From an uncultured Candidatus Bathyarchaeia archaeon (lineage in GTDB: Archaea > Thermoproteota > Bathyarchaeia > Bathyarchaeales > Bathycorpusculaceae): DNA of 30,737 nucleotides. The DNA is taken from positions 1 through 30,737 of the forward strand of contig CAYGYP010000001.1 in assembly GCA_964354115.1 (NCBI GenBank), in the 5' to 3' direction. The notes under the pieces were generated by a model. The model had not been told where the DNA came from. It made no database searches and saw only the letters and a list, made by a program, of their open reading frames with translations. Below, piece after piece: positions 15,135 to 24,971 of this stretch; positions within the stretch are counted from its first letter, which is position 1; every line of letters starts with the position of its first letter. The position numbers and the translations under genes are program-made.

Positions 15135-17441
15135 TCAGGTTTTATTAAAGGAACGTGTTCTAGTAAGCATCACCTCTTCACTTTGTGGATCCACGACAGC
15201 AACAAGCAATATTTCATTAGGTTCTATACGAGTCTTCTCGGTTCTCGGCAAGACGGTCTCTTCAAAGACCACTGAGTATGTGCCATCTCGCACTGAGTAT
15301 ACGTCGTATTTGCCTAGGTTAAGGTCGTGGGGTGAAATCTCCCATTCAAACACAACTGGTTCGTCTGAAATGTTTACGAAGACGTAGCCAATGGAATTTT
15401 TTGATGACTTCCAGGCGCTGTTGAGGACGGATGATTCCGTCAGTGTCCTAGGCGGTTCTTCGTGGTTGAAGCTAACGTAGTTTTCGGAGAAATTTAGGTA
15501 ATTGATTTTCATTTTTGGCGCATTGATCTGAGGATGCTTCACCATTCTTCCTAAAACCAAATATTCTTTTGCATACGTGCTCTCCGCTAAGGATGTTTTC
15601 CTATAAAATTCCACAAGTTCTGGTAAGAGTCCCAACTTTCTGAAAAAAAGTCCCCCGCTTTGAATTTTTCCCAGGATGAAGCTTCTCGCCAAAGCTCTCA
15701 TGTAGTAGGGTACCATCTCCTTGTCAGGATTCAAGAAGACGTTTTCATGGCCAAACGCTGCAACACAGTCGTGGTAGACGTAAGTGAAAAGCGGAATGGT
15801 TTCTACGTTAGAGCCGTATCTGTCAATCAACCTCGTGTAATGCCCAAATAGCTCCGGCATATTGTCCCTTGAAAGGTAGCCATCAACTGAACCGATGTAG
15901 AATTCGCAAGGCTCTTCGATGCTCATGATAAAATTAGGGTTTCTCTTTTTGCACTCTTTTCTTATTTCAAGGAGCATCTTAAGCCAGCTCTTACCTATCC
16001 AATTCCCATACCCGAGAGGGTGACCATGATTCTCATTGTAGCAAGGGTTTATGTCAGGAAACTCGTCGATCTGAACCATGTCTAAACCTAACCTCAGACA
16101 CTCCAGCGCGTTGTTCAGAACGGTTTCTCTCCAAAATTGTGTGTACGGGCACATTCTGGCTCCAGGACCTACGGTACCCTGAATTCTGACAGTGGGTTTT
16201 CGGTCCTCTGTCATTGAGACGTACTGTTTTCCATGTTCCTCAAACCTCTTTGAATCGTCGAAGAAGACTCGCTTAGAAGCTATCCTCCAGACTGTCCCTG
16301 AGATGTACGCGGACCCATGACTGCCGCATTCCCTTATGTACCTCATGGCCTGTAAAAATTTCTGTCCACCTTCTCTGGGAGGAAAGTATCTGGGTCCAGT
16401 CCAAGATCCTGAATGTTCCCACGCGAAGATGCACGCGTCAAAGTCAAGGTTTAGTTTTTTGTTCAAGTCTTTGACGATCACCGAAATTTCGTCCATCGAC
16501 ATTACGAGATTGTTTAAGAAGGAGTAGTTTTCGAACATGAGTATGGGCGTCGGCTTTTTGAACCACTCCGGAGTATCCCTTTCGGGCAGTTTCTCTGTGC
16601 ACCATTTCTGGCGTATTGCCCATTTTCTGTAAATATCAGCTGCTGTATACCAGTCTCCTTGAAAGAAGCCTATGACGATGGGGTATTCTAGAGAGAAATC
16701 GTTACCCTTCTCCTTTGGAAGGTAGTGACAGCAAATAATCTCCAAGTATTCCTCGTTAACACGCTTTAGCGAAAGGCATTTGACTTTTCCTTCAGCGTCT
16801 TCCGTTGAAAAGAACAATCCTCCCTTCTTGCTGTAAAGGGCTATGAACTGCATTGACATTTCAGCGTTGGGGTACACATAAGGGAGGAATTCTTCGCCAT
16901 TCTCTAGCGCAAGAAACGGATTTTTCAGAAGCACGCCGCCGCAAAAGGGAATAGCGACAAAGTCGTCATCATCCTTTTCCCCAGTTTTTGTAAAACCCGA
17001 AATTAGGGGGAATTCAACCTTATTTATTATTAGGTTGCCATCATTTTCGATATTCATTTTCCAGGTCGAAAGATTGGAATCATCTGTTACAAAAACTGTC
17101 ATCTTTACCTTTATGTCGTACTCTCCAAAACCAGAATTTCTCAGCGTTAACCTTATCCCTTCGCTTGTTCTTTCCAAATCGTGGGCACACTCAACTGCGT
17201 CAAGATTGCTTACGCACTTTACACTCTCCACGCCTTCGGTTTTGAACCAAATTCGGAAGATTAGGCAGGGAGATCCCTTATTTTTCCTGAAATCGTCTCC
17301 GGATGACTTCTGTGTAATAGAGAAAATTCCGTTTTTACCATTGTCAAAAGCATATTCTAGGAAGGCATTGCCTAGATAAACATGTTCGTCGTCTTCTTTA
17401 TAGTACACCTTACTTTCGTGTGTATTTTCGTCTTCACTCAA
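15135..17441 (-). CDS. Putative glycoside hydrolase of unassigned family (DUF6259-like TIM barrel with N-terminal beta-sandwich), cytoplasmic, 768 aa
   Basis: N-terminal beta-rich domain (YLGNAFLEYAFD..GIFSI); YVYP..MSMQF.A.Y; GDWYTAADIYRKWA..Q.W; WE..G.W..P.YFPPREG; MCPYT.FW; QIDEF; PCY...HGHP.GYG.W; SIEEPCEFYI; PLFTYVYHD. No signal peptide; TTG start. Confidence 0.55.
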   Translation of the reverse strand: MSEDENTHESKVYYKEDDEHVYLGNAFLEYAFDNGKNGIFSITQKSSGDDFRKNKGSPCLIFRIWFKTEGVESVKCVSNLDAVECAHDLERTSEGIRLTLRNSGFGEYDIKVKMTVFVTDDSNLSTWKMNIENDGNLIINKVEFPLISGFTKTGEKDDDDFVAIPFCGGVLLKNPFLALENGEEFLPYVYPNAEMSMQFIALYSKKGGLFFSTEDAEGKVKCLSLKRVNEEYLEIICCHYLPKEKGNDFSLEYPIVIGFFQGDWYTAADIYRKWAIRQKWCTEKLPERDTPEWFKKPTPILMFENYSFLNNLVMSMDEISVIVKDLNKKLNLDFDACIFAWEHSGSWTGPRYFPPREGGQKFLQAMRYIRECGSHGSAYISGTVWRIASKRVFFDDSKRFEEHGKQYVSMTEDRKPTVRIQGTVGPGARMCPYTQFWRETVLNNALECLRLGLDMVQIDEFPDINPCYNENHGHPLGYGNWIGKSWLKMLLEIRKECKKRNPNFIMSIEEPCEFYIGSVDGYLSRDNMPELFGHYTRLIDRYGSNVETIPLFTYVYHDCVAAFGHENVFLNPDKEMVPYYMRALARSFILGKIQSGGLFFRKLGLLPELVEFYRKTSLAESTYAKEYLVLGRMVKHPQINAPKMKINYLNFSENYVSFNHEEPPRTLTESSVLNSAWKSSKNSIGYVFVNISDEPVVFEWEISPHDLNLGKYDVYSVRDGTYSVVFEETVLPRTEKTRIEPNEILLVAVVDPQSEEVMLTRTRSFNKT

Positions 17442-17839
17442 GAGTGTTCACTCGCATTCGTCACATTATATTTCAAGTAATAATCAGATTGATAACAAAC
17501 TAATTATTTATTTTTTGCCATGAAGATTCTTCATGGTTCTTCCCGAAACCACACATATTTTCGTCTTTAAGCGATAGGCATGAAAAAACATTCCTTCATT
17601 TACAAATGGAATTCCTGAGAATCTGACCCGTGTATTTTTCTTTATTTCTTTTTTTCTGAGTAAAAACCAATGCCACATAATCACGGAAAAAAGGCTGAAT
17701 ATTAGGAATTTTGGTCCACAGGCTTGAGTGTTTTAATTAGTTGACGAGTCCAGTTAAAAATGTACATGTATGGAATCGTTAGTTCATCACATCGTTAATA
17801 GCTATAATAAGCTTTATATTTGAAACTCATTTAGTGTGA

Positions 17840-19141
17840 GTGAAAAAAAATAATCAAAAATCCAACCATAAAAAAAGGCGAATAGTGAACATTATGAGTC
17901 AAAAATTCGTAAAATCGGAACAACTGTTTGAGGAAGCCAAAAAGATTATCCCAGGAGGAGTAACTTCAGCCAGGCACCCCACCAAATTTGTGCTAGGAAA
18001 ATACCCCATTTTCATGAACCGCGGGAAAGGCTCGCACGTGTGGGATGTGGATGGAAACGAATACATTGACTGGATTGTTTCTTTCGGACCCATAGTTCTG
18101 GGTCATTGTAATCCGCAGGTGGATGATGCAGTCCGAAAGAATCTAGAACAAGGTTTTTGCTTCACAATGGTTCACCCAGTACAGAATGAGCTCGCAAAAA
18201 AACTCATTCAAATAATCCCTTGCGCCGAAATGGTGAAATTCATGACAGGAGGGTCGGACGCGACCAGCGCAGCAATCCGAATCGCAAGGGTGTACACGGG
18301 AAAAGACAAGGTGATACGCTGGGGGTACCATGGATGGCACGACTGGTGCTACGGTGGCGCTGGAACAGACAGAGAAACGGTTGTCGGGGTTCCAGAGGGA
18401 ATAAAGAAAGACATTCTAACGTTTACCTACAATGATTTGGACTCTCTGGAAAAAGTGTTCAGGAAAAACAAGGACGAAGTGGCCTGCGTCATCATGCAAC
18501 CATATGAGGCTTCGAAGGAACTGCCTAAGGAGGGGTTCTTGGAAGGGGTGAAACAGATAACCCACGATAATGGAGCGGTCCTCATCTACGACGAGATACG
18601 AAGCGGCTTCAGGATGGCAATGGGAGGAGCCCAAGAGTACTTTGGCGTAATCCCGGACATGGCTACGGTAAGCAAGGCGATGGCTAATGGCTACCCCATC
18701 TCAGCCGTCGTCGGAAAAAGTGAAGTCATACAGGAAGCATCCAAAACTAGGCTGTCAGCCACCTTTTTTGTGAATTCCTTCCCAATGGTGGCGGCGCTAG
18801 CCACAATTGGCGAGCTGGAGAAGAGAAACGGCATCGAATACATGTGGACTTGGGGAAAAAGGCTAATGCAAGGTTTATCAGAAATCGTTGAGGACGAACG
18901 CGTAAAGGCTGAGGTCATCGGCGTTCCCCCCATACCTATGGTAAAATTCGTTGACAAAAACGAGCCAATGCGTGAGAAGCTTAAAAAATCCTTCTACACG
19001 GAGACGACAAAGAGAGGAGTTCTCTTCCACCCCAACCACTGTTGGTTTATGTCTCTAGCACACACCGAAGAGGACATCAACAGAACCTTGGAAGTGTCAA
19101 GAGAAAGCATGAAAATAGCGAAGAAAGAGTGCGGTTTGTAA
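17840..19141 (+). CDS. PLP-dependent class III aminotransferase (glutamate-1-semialdehyde aminomutase-like, not canonical HemL); start either GTG 17840 or ATG 17894
   Basis: IIPGG, GKGSHVWDVDGNEYIDW, FMTGGSDAT..A.RIAR.YTG, YHGWHDW, LIYDEIRSGFR, and PLP lysine in SKAMANGYPISA. Confidence 0.85.
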   Translation: MKKNNQKSNHKKRRIVNIMSQKFVKSEQLFEEAKKIIPGGVTSARHPTKFVLGKYPIFMNRGKGSHVWDVDGNEYIDWIVSFGPIVLGHCNPQVDDAVRKNLEQGFCFTMVHPVQNELAKKLIQIIPCAEMVKFMTGGSDATSAAIRIARVYTGKDKVIRWGYHGWHDWCYGGAGTDRETVVGVPEGIKKDILTFTYNDLDSLEKVFRKNKDEVACVIMQPYEASKELPKEGFLEGVKQITHDNGAVLIYDEIRSGFRMAMGGAQEYFGVIPDMATVSKAMANGYPISAVVGKSEVIQEASKTRLSATFFVNSFPMVAALATIGELEKRNGIEYMWTWGKRLMQGLSEIVEDERVKAEVIGVPPIPMVKFVDKNEPMREKLKKSFYTETTKRGVLFHPNHCWFMSLAHTEEDINRTLEVSRESMKIAKKECGL

Positions 19142-19310
19142 GCATTACTCGAACCATGTTGACAATTCCAGAAATGGTTGAAACATTGATGAACCACGGC
19201 AGCATGACCATATTTTCCGAGGATTGTGAGTCTTCGAAGAGGCTGGATAAGAATCTTCGTAGAGAATTAGGTGCTGCCACAATTTATTACTGCAGTGGAA
19301 GGAGAAAATC

Positions 19311-20429
19311 TTGAAAGAGTATGGGGTAGGCATAGTTGGTTATGGCTTCATAGGGAAGGTCCACACCTACTCCTACAGGAACATCCCATTTTTTTACCGA
19401 GACCCACCATGCAAAGTTAAACTGGTCGGCGTTTGCACTTCCAGCCAAAAAACAGCTCAAGAGGCAAAGGAGCAGGGAGACTTCTCCTTCGCTACAACCG
19501 ACTTCATGGATTTGTTGGAGAGGGACGACATTCAAATAATCAACTGCTGTCTGCCAAATTTCCTTCACAAAGACGTGGTAACCAAAGCCATAAAGTCTGG
19601 AAAGCATGTTTGCTGCGAGAAGCCTTTAGCCCTTAACCTCAAAGAAGCAAAGGAAATTTACGAGGTAGCAAAGCATTCAAAAGTCAAACAGCAGATTACT
19701 TTCCAGAATCGCTTCATACCCGCTATCATGCGAGCGAAACAATTGATCGACGAGGGAGACATCGGAGAAATCTTCTCCGTCAGAGGGGTGCACCTCCATT
19801 CGAGCTGCGTGACCCAGAAGTCACAGGCTTACAGTTGGAAGGCGGAATCCACGAAGGTAGGAGGCGGCGTACTGGTGGACTTGGGTTCTCACCTCATCGA
19901 CTTGACGAGATACCTTATTGGAGAGTTCAAAAGCGTCAACGGGTACATGAAGAACTTCACTTCGCCCGATGTACAGACCGACGATGTGGCTATACTGAGC
20001 GTCGAGATGACGAATGGCGCCATAGGTTCATTGGAGGCTTCGAAGATGGCAACGGGCACGAACGACGATTTAAGAATAGAGATTCATGGGCTGAAGGGGG
20101 CAATTCGGTTCAACTCCATGGAGCCAAACTGGCTTGAATACTACGACAACACTGAACTCGACATGCCGCTGGGCGGAAAAAAGGGTTTCAAGAAAATAGA
20201 GACAATCCAGAAGTATCCTGAGCCCCAAGGAATTCCGATACCCAAATTCCCCGTGGGGTGGATGAGGTATCACGTGGCTTGCCTTCACTCTTTCCTAAGA
20301 TCTATAGTCGACGACACGGAGACATCTCCCAACTTTAGGGACGGGCTTGAGGTCCAAAAAATCATAGAAGCAGCATACATATCATCCAGCAGGAAAGAAA
20401 GAGTGGAAGTTGCTGAACTGGATGTATGA
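19311..20429 (+). CDS. Gfo/Idh/MocA family NAD(P)-dependent oxidoreductase, 372 aa
   Basis: Rossmann VGIVGYGFIG, CCEKPLA, GGGVLVDLGSHLID; RBS GGAAGGAG before the TTG. Confidence 0.9.
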   Translation: MKEYGVGIVGYGFIGKVHTYSYRNIPFFYRDPPCKVKLVGVCTSSQKTAQEAKEQGDFSFATTDFMDLLERDDIQIINCCLPNFLHKDVVTKAIKSGKHVCCEKPLALNLKEAKEIYEVAKHSKVKQQITFQNRFIPAIMRAKQLIDEGDIGEIFSVRGVHLHSSCVTQKSQAYSWKAESTKVGGGVLVDLGSHLIDLTRYLIGEFKSVNGYMKNFTSPDVQTDDVAILSVEMTNGAIGSLEASKMATGTNDDLRIEIHGLKGAIRFNSMEPNWLEYYDNTELDMPLGGKKGFKKIETIQKYPEPQGIPIPKFPVGWMRYHVACLHSFLRSIVDDTETSPNFRDGLEVQKIIEAAYISSSRKERVEVAELDV

Positions 20430-20430
20430 A

Positions 20431-20462
20431 CCTTTTCTTAATTGAATGGTTTCCTTTTTTCC
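20431..20462 (+). terminator. Putative T-tract terminator
   Basis: CCTTTTCTT and TTTCCTTTTTTCC directly after the stop codon at 20429. Confidence 0.35.
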
Positions 20463-20675
20463 TAACGATTTTAATTGTGCGCCACGTTCATCAAAAATTA
20501 TGTTGACGAATAAAATCCATTAAAAATACACATCTTCGCATCCTGAGTGGAAATCAAAACCTAGCGCATGTGCTATTAACTTTTTCTGGCCAAATTTGTT
20601 CCTGTGTTATAGCAAAAAATTCATATTCGTTGACTGTCGTTATCACATACTAATTAACTTAATAGGCGATGGCAA

Positions 20676-22190
20676 TTGGGATACGTGGCTATTGGAGTTG
20701 ACATTGGCACAACTGGGACCAAAGCGGTTGCGGTTGACGTGGACGGAGAAGTGAAAGCGAGGTCTTTCTACGAGTACGCTGTTCATAATCCAAAGCCATT
20801 GTGGTTTGAGCAGTCTCCTCAGGACATTTGGTTGGCGACTGTCAGCTCCATCAGGGAAATAATGAACCGCCCCCAGATCAGTTCCCAAAAGGTCGTCGCT
20901 GTATGCTTCTCTGCGCAGGGAGGAACTTTGATACCCGTTGACAACCAAGGAAACTCCATTCGGTCAGCCATAACGTGGCTTGATAAAAGAGCAGTTCCGC
21001 AGTGCTCCTCATTGACCAGAATCGTCGGTCGCAAGCAAATAATAGATGCTTGCGGCAGAGAACCCATACCCGCCTATATGGAGCCGAAAATTTTGTGGTT
21101 GAAAGAAAACGAGCCAGAAACCTTCAGGCGGGCTAAGAAATTCCTTCAGGTCCAAGATTTTGTCTTAATGCGGCTCATAGGTAAATGCGTAACAGACTTG
21201 TCGAACACATCGTTCTTAGAGTCAATCATTTTTGATGCAAAGAGGATGGGGTGGTCTCACGACGTTCTGAGTCTCATTGGTTTATCTGAAGACAGGCTCC
21301 CCGAAATAGGAGAAACAGGCGACCTCGTAGGCGAATTAGCAAAAGGGACGGAAACCGAGACGAAACTGCCATCTGGCACCCCGATTGTTTTAGGAGGGCA
21401 CGACCAATGCATGGCTGCCGTAGGCGCTGGAGCCATTGAGCCTGGAATCGCTCTCCTCTCCGCTGGCACATCTTGGGCTCTCGTGACCTCGCTTGATAGT
21501 CCAATTCCGAATTCTGCTGAGTTTATCTGTTATAACCATGCAGTCCGCGGGAAGTGGATGTTGCTGACCTCTTCCCCGTGCGGCGTGGCTTTAAGATGGT
21601 TTAGGGACCAGCTGGGGGAAGATGAGAAGGCAAAAGCGCGTTTACTCAACAAAGACCCGTATGACCTGCTGATTGAAAAAGCTGCGGACGTGAAATCAGG
21701 TTCAGATGGGCTTGTTTTTCTACCGTTTTTAGCCGGGGCATTGGACGATTACGAAGCGAAAGGATGCTTTGTTGGATTGACTTTAGCCCACACCAAGGGA
21801 CATTTGGTCAGAGCTGTGCTTGAGGGAAATGCGATGGAGGTTATCCGCATGACCGAGATTTTTGGGAAGGTGGGAAAGGGTATTCGGGAGTACAGGTTCA
21901 TAGGAGGAGCATCGAAATCCGCCTTGTGGCAACAAATAATTGCTGACACCACACAAAAGGCGGTAATCACATTAGAAGACCGAGAGGCGGCTTCTCTTGG
22001 TGCTGCAATAATTGGGGGCGCAAGTGTAGGCATGTTCAAGGACATAAATGACGGAATAGGAAAAGCGGTCTCAATACATGAAAGAACCGAACCAAAAAAA
22101 GAAAACAAAGGAATCTATGACAAAAAAATGCAGGCTTATAGAAAAATTTGTAAGCTGCTGAAACCTTACTGGAAGACGCTCTCAACTTGA
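20676..22190 (+). CDS. FGGY family carbohydrate kinase (xylulokinase/ribulokinase-like), 504 aa
   Basis: IGVDIGTTGTKA, FSAQG, ITWLDKRA, PKILWLKENEPE, GGHDQ, SAGTS, FLPFLAG, RAVLEG, GGASKS.LWQQIIAD. Confidence 0.9.
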   Translation: MGYVAIGVDIGTTGTKAVAVDVDGEVKARSFYEYAVHNPKPLWFEQSPQDIWLATVSSIREIMNRPQISSQKVVAVCFSAQGGTLIPVDNQGNSIRSAITWLDKRAVPQCSSLTRIVGRKQIIDACGREPIPAYMEPKILWLKENEPETFRRAKKFLQVQDFVLMRLIGKCVTDLSNTSFLESIIFDAKRMGWSHDVLSLIGLSEDRLPEIGETGDLVGELAKGTETETKLPSGTPIVLGGHDQCMAAVGAGAIEPGIALLSAGTSWALVTSLDSPIPNSAEFICYNHAVRGKWMLLTSSPCGVALRWFRDQLGEDEKAKARLLNKDPYDLLIEKAADVKSGSDGLVFLPFLAGALDDYEAKGCFVGLTLAHTKGHLVRAVLEGNAMEVIRMTEIFGKVGKGIREYRFIGGASKSALWQQIIADTTQKAVITLEDREAASLGAAIIGGASVGMFKDINDGIGKAVSIHERTEPKKENKGIYDKKMQAYRKICKLLKPYWKTLST

Positions 22191-22280
22191 ATTATTAACT
22201 GAAATATATACTTGATTGATGAAAAGGATTCTATAATCTTCTTTTACTTATCAAAACCGAGTCTTTATTCGTTTTATTAG

Positions 22281-23375
22281 TTAACATCTCGTTCTAGCTA
22301 AAAGTTTCTCAGCGTTTCTGAAAAAGATTTTTTCTACGTCATTTCTTCCTAGACCAAGCTTCATTGCTGCTTTCTTTATACCGAGTATCTGATTGTAGGC
22401 GTACAGAATGATTTGGTCCGCTTCTTTTTCGTACACTTTTCTCTCCTCAGAAGTTATCCATGGAACATTCTCCTTTACGTACCACAACGACATGCCGCTT
22501 TTTTGAAGGAGAAGTTTGTCTCTTAAACACGGTCGTTTGGCCCTAAGAAAACATATAGGAGAATCCGTTCCAAATGTCACCTTGTCTATTCCCCATTCCT
22601 TTATGCCAAACTTGAAAACTTCTTCCTCAGTCACTCCCGACGTGTCCAGAAAAACGTTATCCAGATTCCCAAGCCTTTTCAACCCAACCTGCAGGACTTC
22701 AGGGCAAAAGGACCGTCCCATGTGGGCAAGTACAATGTTGGCATCAGGGTATTTCGTTGCGATCTCTCTGATCTCTTTGATGTTTTCTGGGTCAGCTATC
22801 CTCTTGCTTTTCGGCAGGTGGATGATAACAATTAGGCTTCGTTTGTCCGCTACTTTCATCATTTCAGACTTGGCAAGGTCGCCCAGATTTATTGAATTGT
22901 CGCCGTACATTTTATTTGGAAGATCGCAGAAAGTCTTGAATCCTTTAAACCCTCCCCATTCAATCAGTTCATCCAAGTCCTGTGTTTTGTTGTATACTGG
23001 GGCTGCAAGACCAAAGACGTTTTGTTTCTTTATGCAGTCTCTAATGTACTGGTTCATCGACTTGGCGTCAAAAAGGTGAAAGGGGAGGGGCAGGCACAGT
23101 ACCATCACTTCCTTGCCAGCATAGATCGTCTTGTTTGTTTCTAGCAGCTTCTCAATGGTAAGCGGGTAAAGCCATCCTGCATAATTATTGTAGTATGTTG
23201 GTTCCTGTCCTTTTTGGTACTTTGCATGCGACTCTTGCACATGCTCTTCAAGGCATATGTGGGTATGGAAATCAATTATTTTCTGAGGAATGAAAGACCG
23301 TATTTCATTCGCGTAAATCTCCTTTTCAGCATTCTCAAGAACAACAGGTTGATAAGGCCATTGGGCGGAACCCAT
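22281..23375 (-). CDS. Amidohydrolase family protein (Amidohydro_2-like), 364 aa
   Basis: IIDFHTH, GFKGFK, IIHLP, VLAHMGR, FLDTSG, FGTDSP, IFFRNAEKLL. Confidence 0.8.
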   Translation of the reverse strand: MGSAQWPYQPVVLENAEKEIYANEIRSFIPQKIIDFHTHICLEEHVQESHAKYQKGQEPTYYNNYAGWLYPLTIEKLLETNKTIYAGKEVMVLCLPLPFHLFDAKSMNQYIRDCIKKQNVFGLAAPVYNKTQDLDELIEWGGFKGFKTFCDLPNKMYGDNSINLGDLAKSEMMKVADKRSLIVIIHLPKSKRIADPENIKEIREIATKYPDANIVLAHMGRSFCPEVLQVGLKRLGNLDNVFLDTSGVTEEEVFKFGIKEWGIDKVTFGTDSPICFLRAKRPCLRDKLLLQKSGMSLWYVKENVPWITSEERKVYEKEADQIILYAYNQILGIKKAAMKLGLGRNDVEKIFFRNAEKLLARTRC

Positions 23376-23573
23376 TTTAATCCGTCAGCAATAATGTGCG
23401 ATGCACGTATGATGCATTGTTCGATATAAAACATTTTTCGTGGAAACCTGTTGAGTAAATCAAAGGTTTTCGATGGTAACAGCAGATGACCAATGTGCGA
23501 TTAATATACGTAAATTGTTGAACGCAGGAAAACCGATGTATATATCATTGATTAGACAAATTTTACAGCAGCA

Positions 23574-24971
23574 TTATATTTTCACAAAATCAGCGTCAAC
23601 GATGTTAGCGACTTTTTCGATCAGAGAAGACCATTTACCATAAGCCAAGGCGAAATGGTGCGATGAGCCTTCATTACTGAGCTCGGTGAGAAAATCGGTT
23701 AAAGGTTTTTCGGGTCGGAACATGCATTGAGGGGCAGCAAGGTTTCTGATTGGGTTGGAATCAACAATTTCCCCCTCAGTGGATACCATCTTCAGTCTAC
23801 CTTCAGATGTGAAAGACATGCTGACGAGGGTCACTACGCCAGGTTTGAGGGCGAAACTCAGAACAACTGGCCTGCACGAAATTTCTGTGAGGTTCAGGTT
23901 GCTTCCCACAAGCCTGACTTGCTCATCTTCCCTAGCCATCGTGTAGTTGCCTTCGCCCATGTGGGTCATCAGTACGGTGTTTTCTTTGAAGTCCATGGTG
24001 AACATTTCGGTGAAGTGGGCGCATCCTGCTAACTTCTGCATTAGGGAAACCGCGACTGAGGCAAGAACGTCGCCCTCGCCAGCGTAGCCGTGACCCTCGG
24101 AAAGCATCTTCGACGCAGCGAGGAATGGGAGTGTCCGTAACTCGTTTTCGTTGGAAACAGCCCTGAAGTGTAAAGTAAAAGCTGCGATGTCATTTTTCTT
24201 CAGAGTCTCCCGTACTGCCCATTCCAGTCTGGAGCTTTCCTCATGTTCTCTTTCAGTGATGTCTTTTGTTATACTGAAGAGTTGACGGTCTTTCCCCATC
24301 TGCTCTCTAATTTTCTCTAAAGGCGCCTCTTGCGCCATTTGCGCCAACTTTGTCTGCGAGATGTGAAGGACCATGACCCCTAGCACGCTAAGCAAATTTG
24401 TTTCATCGAACGAAAAATCGCCTGTTCCCTCTTGAGGATACCCAATGATTCCAGCACGGCATCCCCTGAGAAAGCTCACGATGGCTGCGGCTTGGCTCCA
24501 TTCTTTTACTTGTTTCAGAGCTTTTTCGTCTTTATAATGCCCAGTAACAAGACCGAATTTTAAATTGGCTTTCAAAATGACGTTGCACAAGTCTTGCACG
24601 CCGTGCATCCCGTGGTTACGGAGGATTTCGTCCGCGTCCGTATCTGCACTTAGTTCATGCAGCTTTTGGGTGTTGAATATTAGAATCGGGAGTTTCGTCG
24701 CCTTCAAAGCTTTGAAAGCAGTGTAACTCGGAGTGTATGTTAAAAAGACTAGAAGGATCAGATCGAGACCTTTACTTTCAAAGGTTTTCACTGCATCGTC
24801 CACTTGGTTGCACGTTCTGCATATTCCAGACCATTCGACGTCTGCGAATTCCTTTATGATGCCAGTGATCTCATCGGCATACAACTTTAGCTCGGACTCC
24901 AACTTGGGAAAAACGGTGTAAGTGTCGTTCATTAACGTCAATAATCCAATCCGAGGTTTTACCTTCTTCAC
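23574..24971 (-). CDS. L-arabinose/L-fucose isomerase family protein, 465 aa
   Basis: LLVFLTYTPS, NHGMHG..DL.N, GYAGEGD..AS, FTEMF.MD, LMTHMGE, and C-terminal G.SHHFALAYG; RBS AGGAG before the GTG. Confidence 0.8.
   Translation of the reverse strand: MKKVKPRIGLLTLMNDTYTVFPKLESELKLYADEITGIIKEFADVEWSGICRTCNQVDDAVKTFESKGLDLILLVFLTYTPSYTAFKALKATKLPILIFNTQKLHELSADTDADEILRNHGMHGVQDLCNVILKANLKFGLVTGHYKDEKALKQVKEWSQAAAIVSFLRGCRAGIIGYPQEGTGDFSFDETNLLSVLGVMVLHISQTKLAQMAQEAPLEKIREQMGKDRQLFSITKDITEREHEESSRLEWAVRETLKKNDIAAFTLHFRAVSNENELRTLPFLAASKMLSEGHGYAGEGDVLASVAVSLMQKLAGCAHFTEMFTMDFKENTVLMTHMGEGNYTMAREDEQVRLVGSNLNLTEISCRPVVLSFALKPGVVTLVSMSFTSEGRLKMVSTEGEIVDSNPIRNLAAPQCMFRPEKPLTDFLTELSNEGSSHHFALAYGKWSSLIEKVANIVDADFVKI

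Noticed and set aside
17840-19141. Gene symbol hemL
   Set aside because: The YHGWHDW motif and sugar-catabolic context differ from canonical HemL, and no hem genes are nearby.
22516-23079. 187-aa plus-strand ORF
   Set aside because: Antisense shadow of the amidohydrolase gene.
23393-23500. AATGTGCGA direct repeat (two copies about 99 nt apart)
   Set aside because: Only two 9-nt copies in AT-rich intergenic DNA; not a CRISPR or a tandem array.
20676-24971. Specific symbols xylB, araB, araA or fucI
   Set aside because: Family motifs are clear, but substrate specificity cannot be read from sequence by eye; the isomerase lacks the exact AraA signatures such as HGDRE and MEDY.
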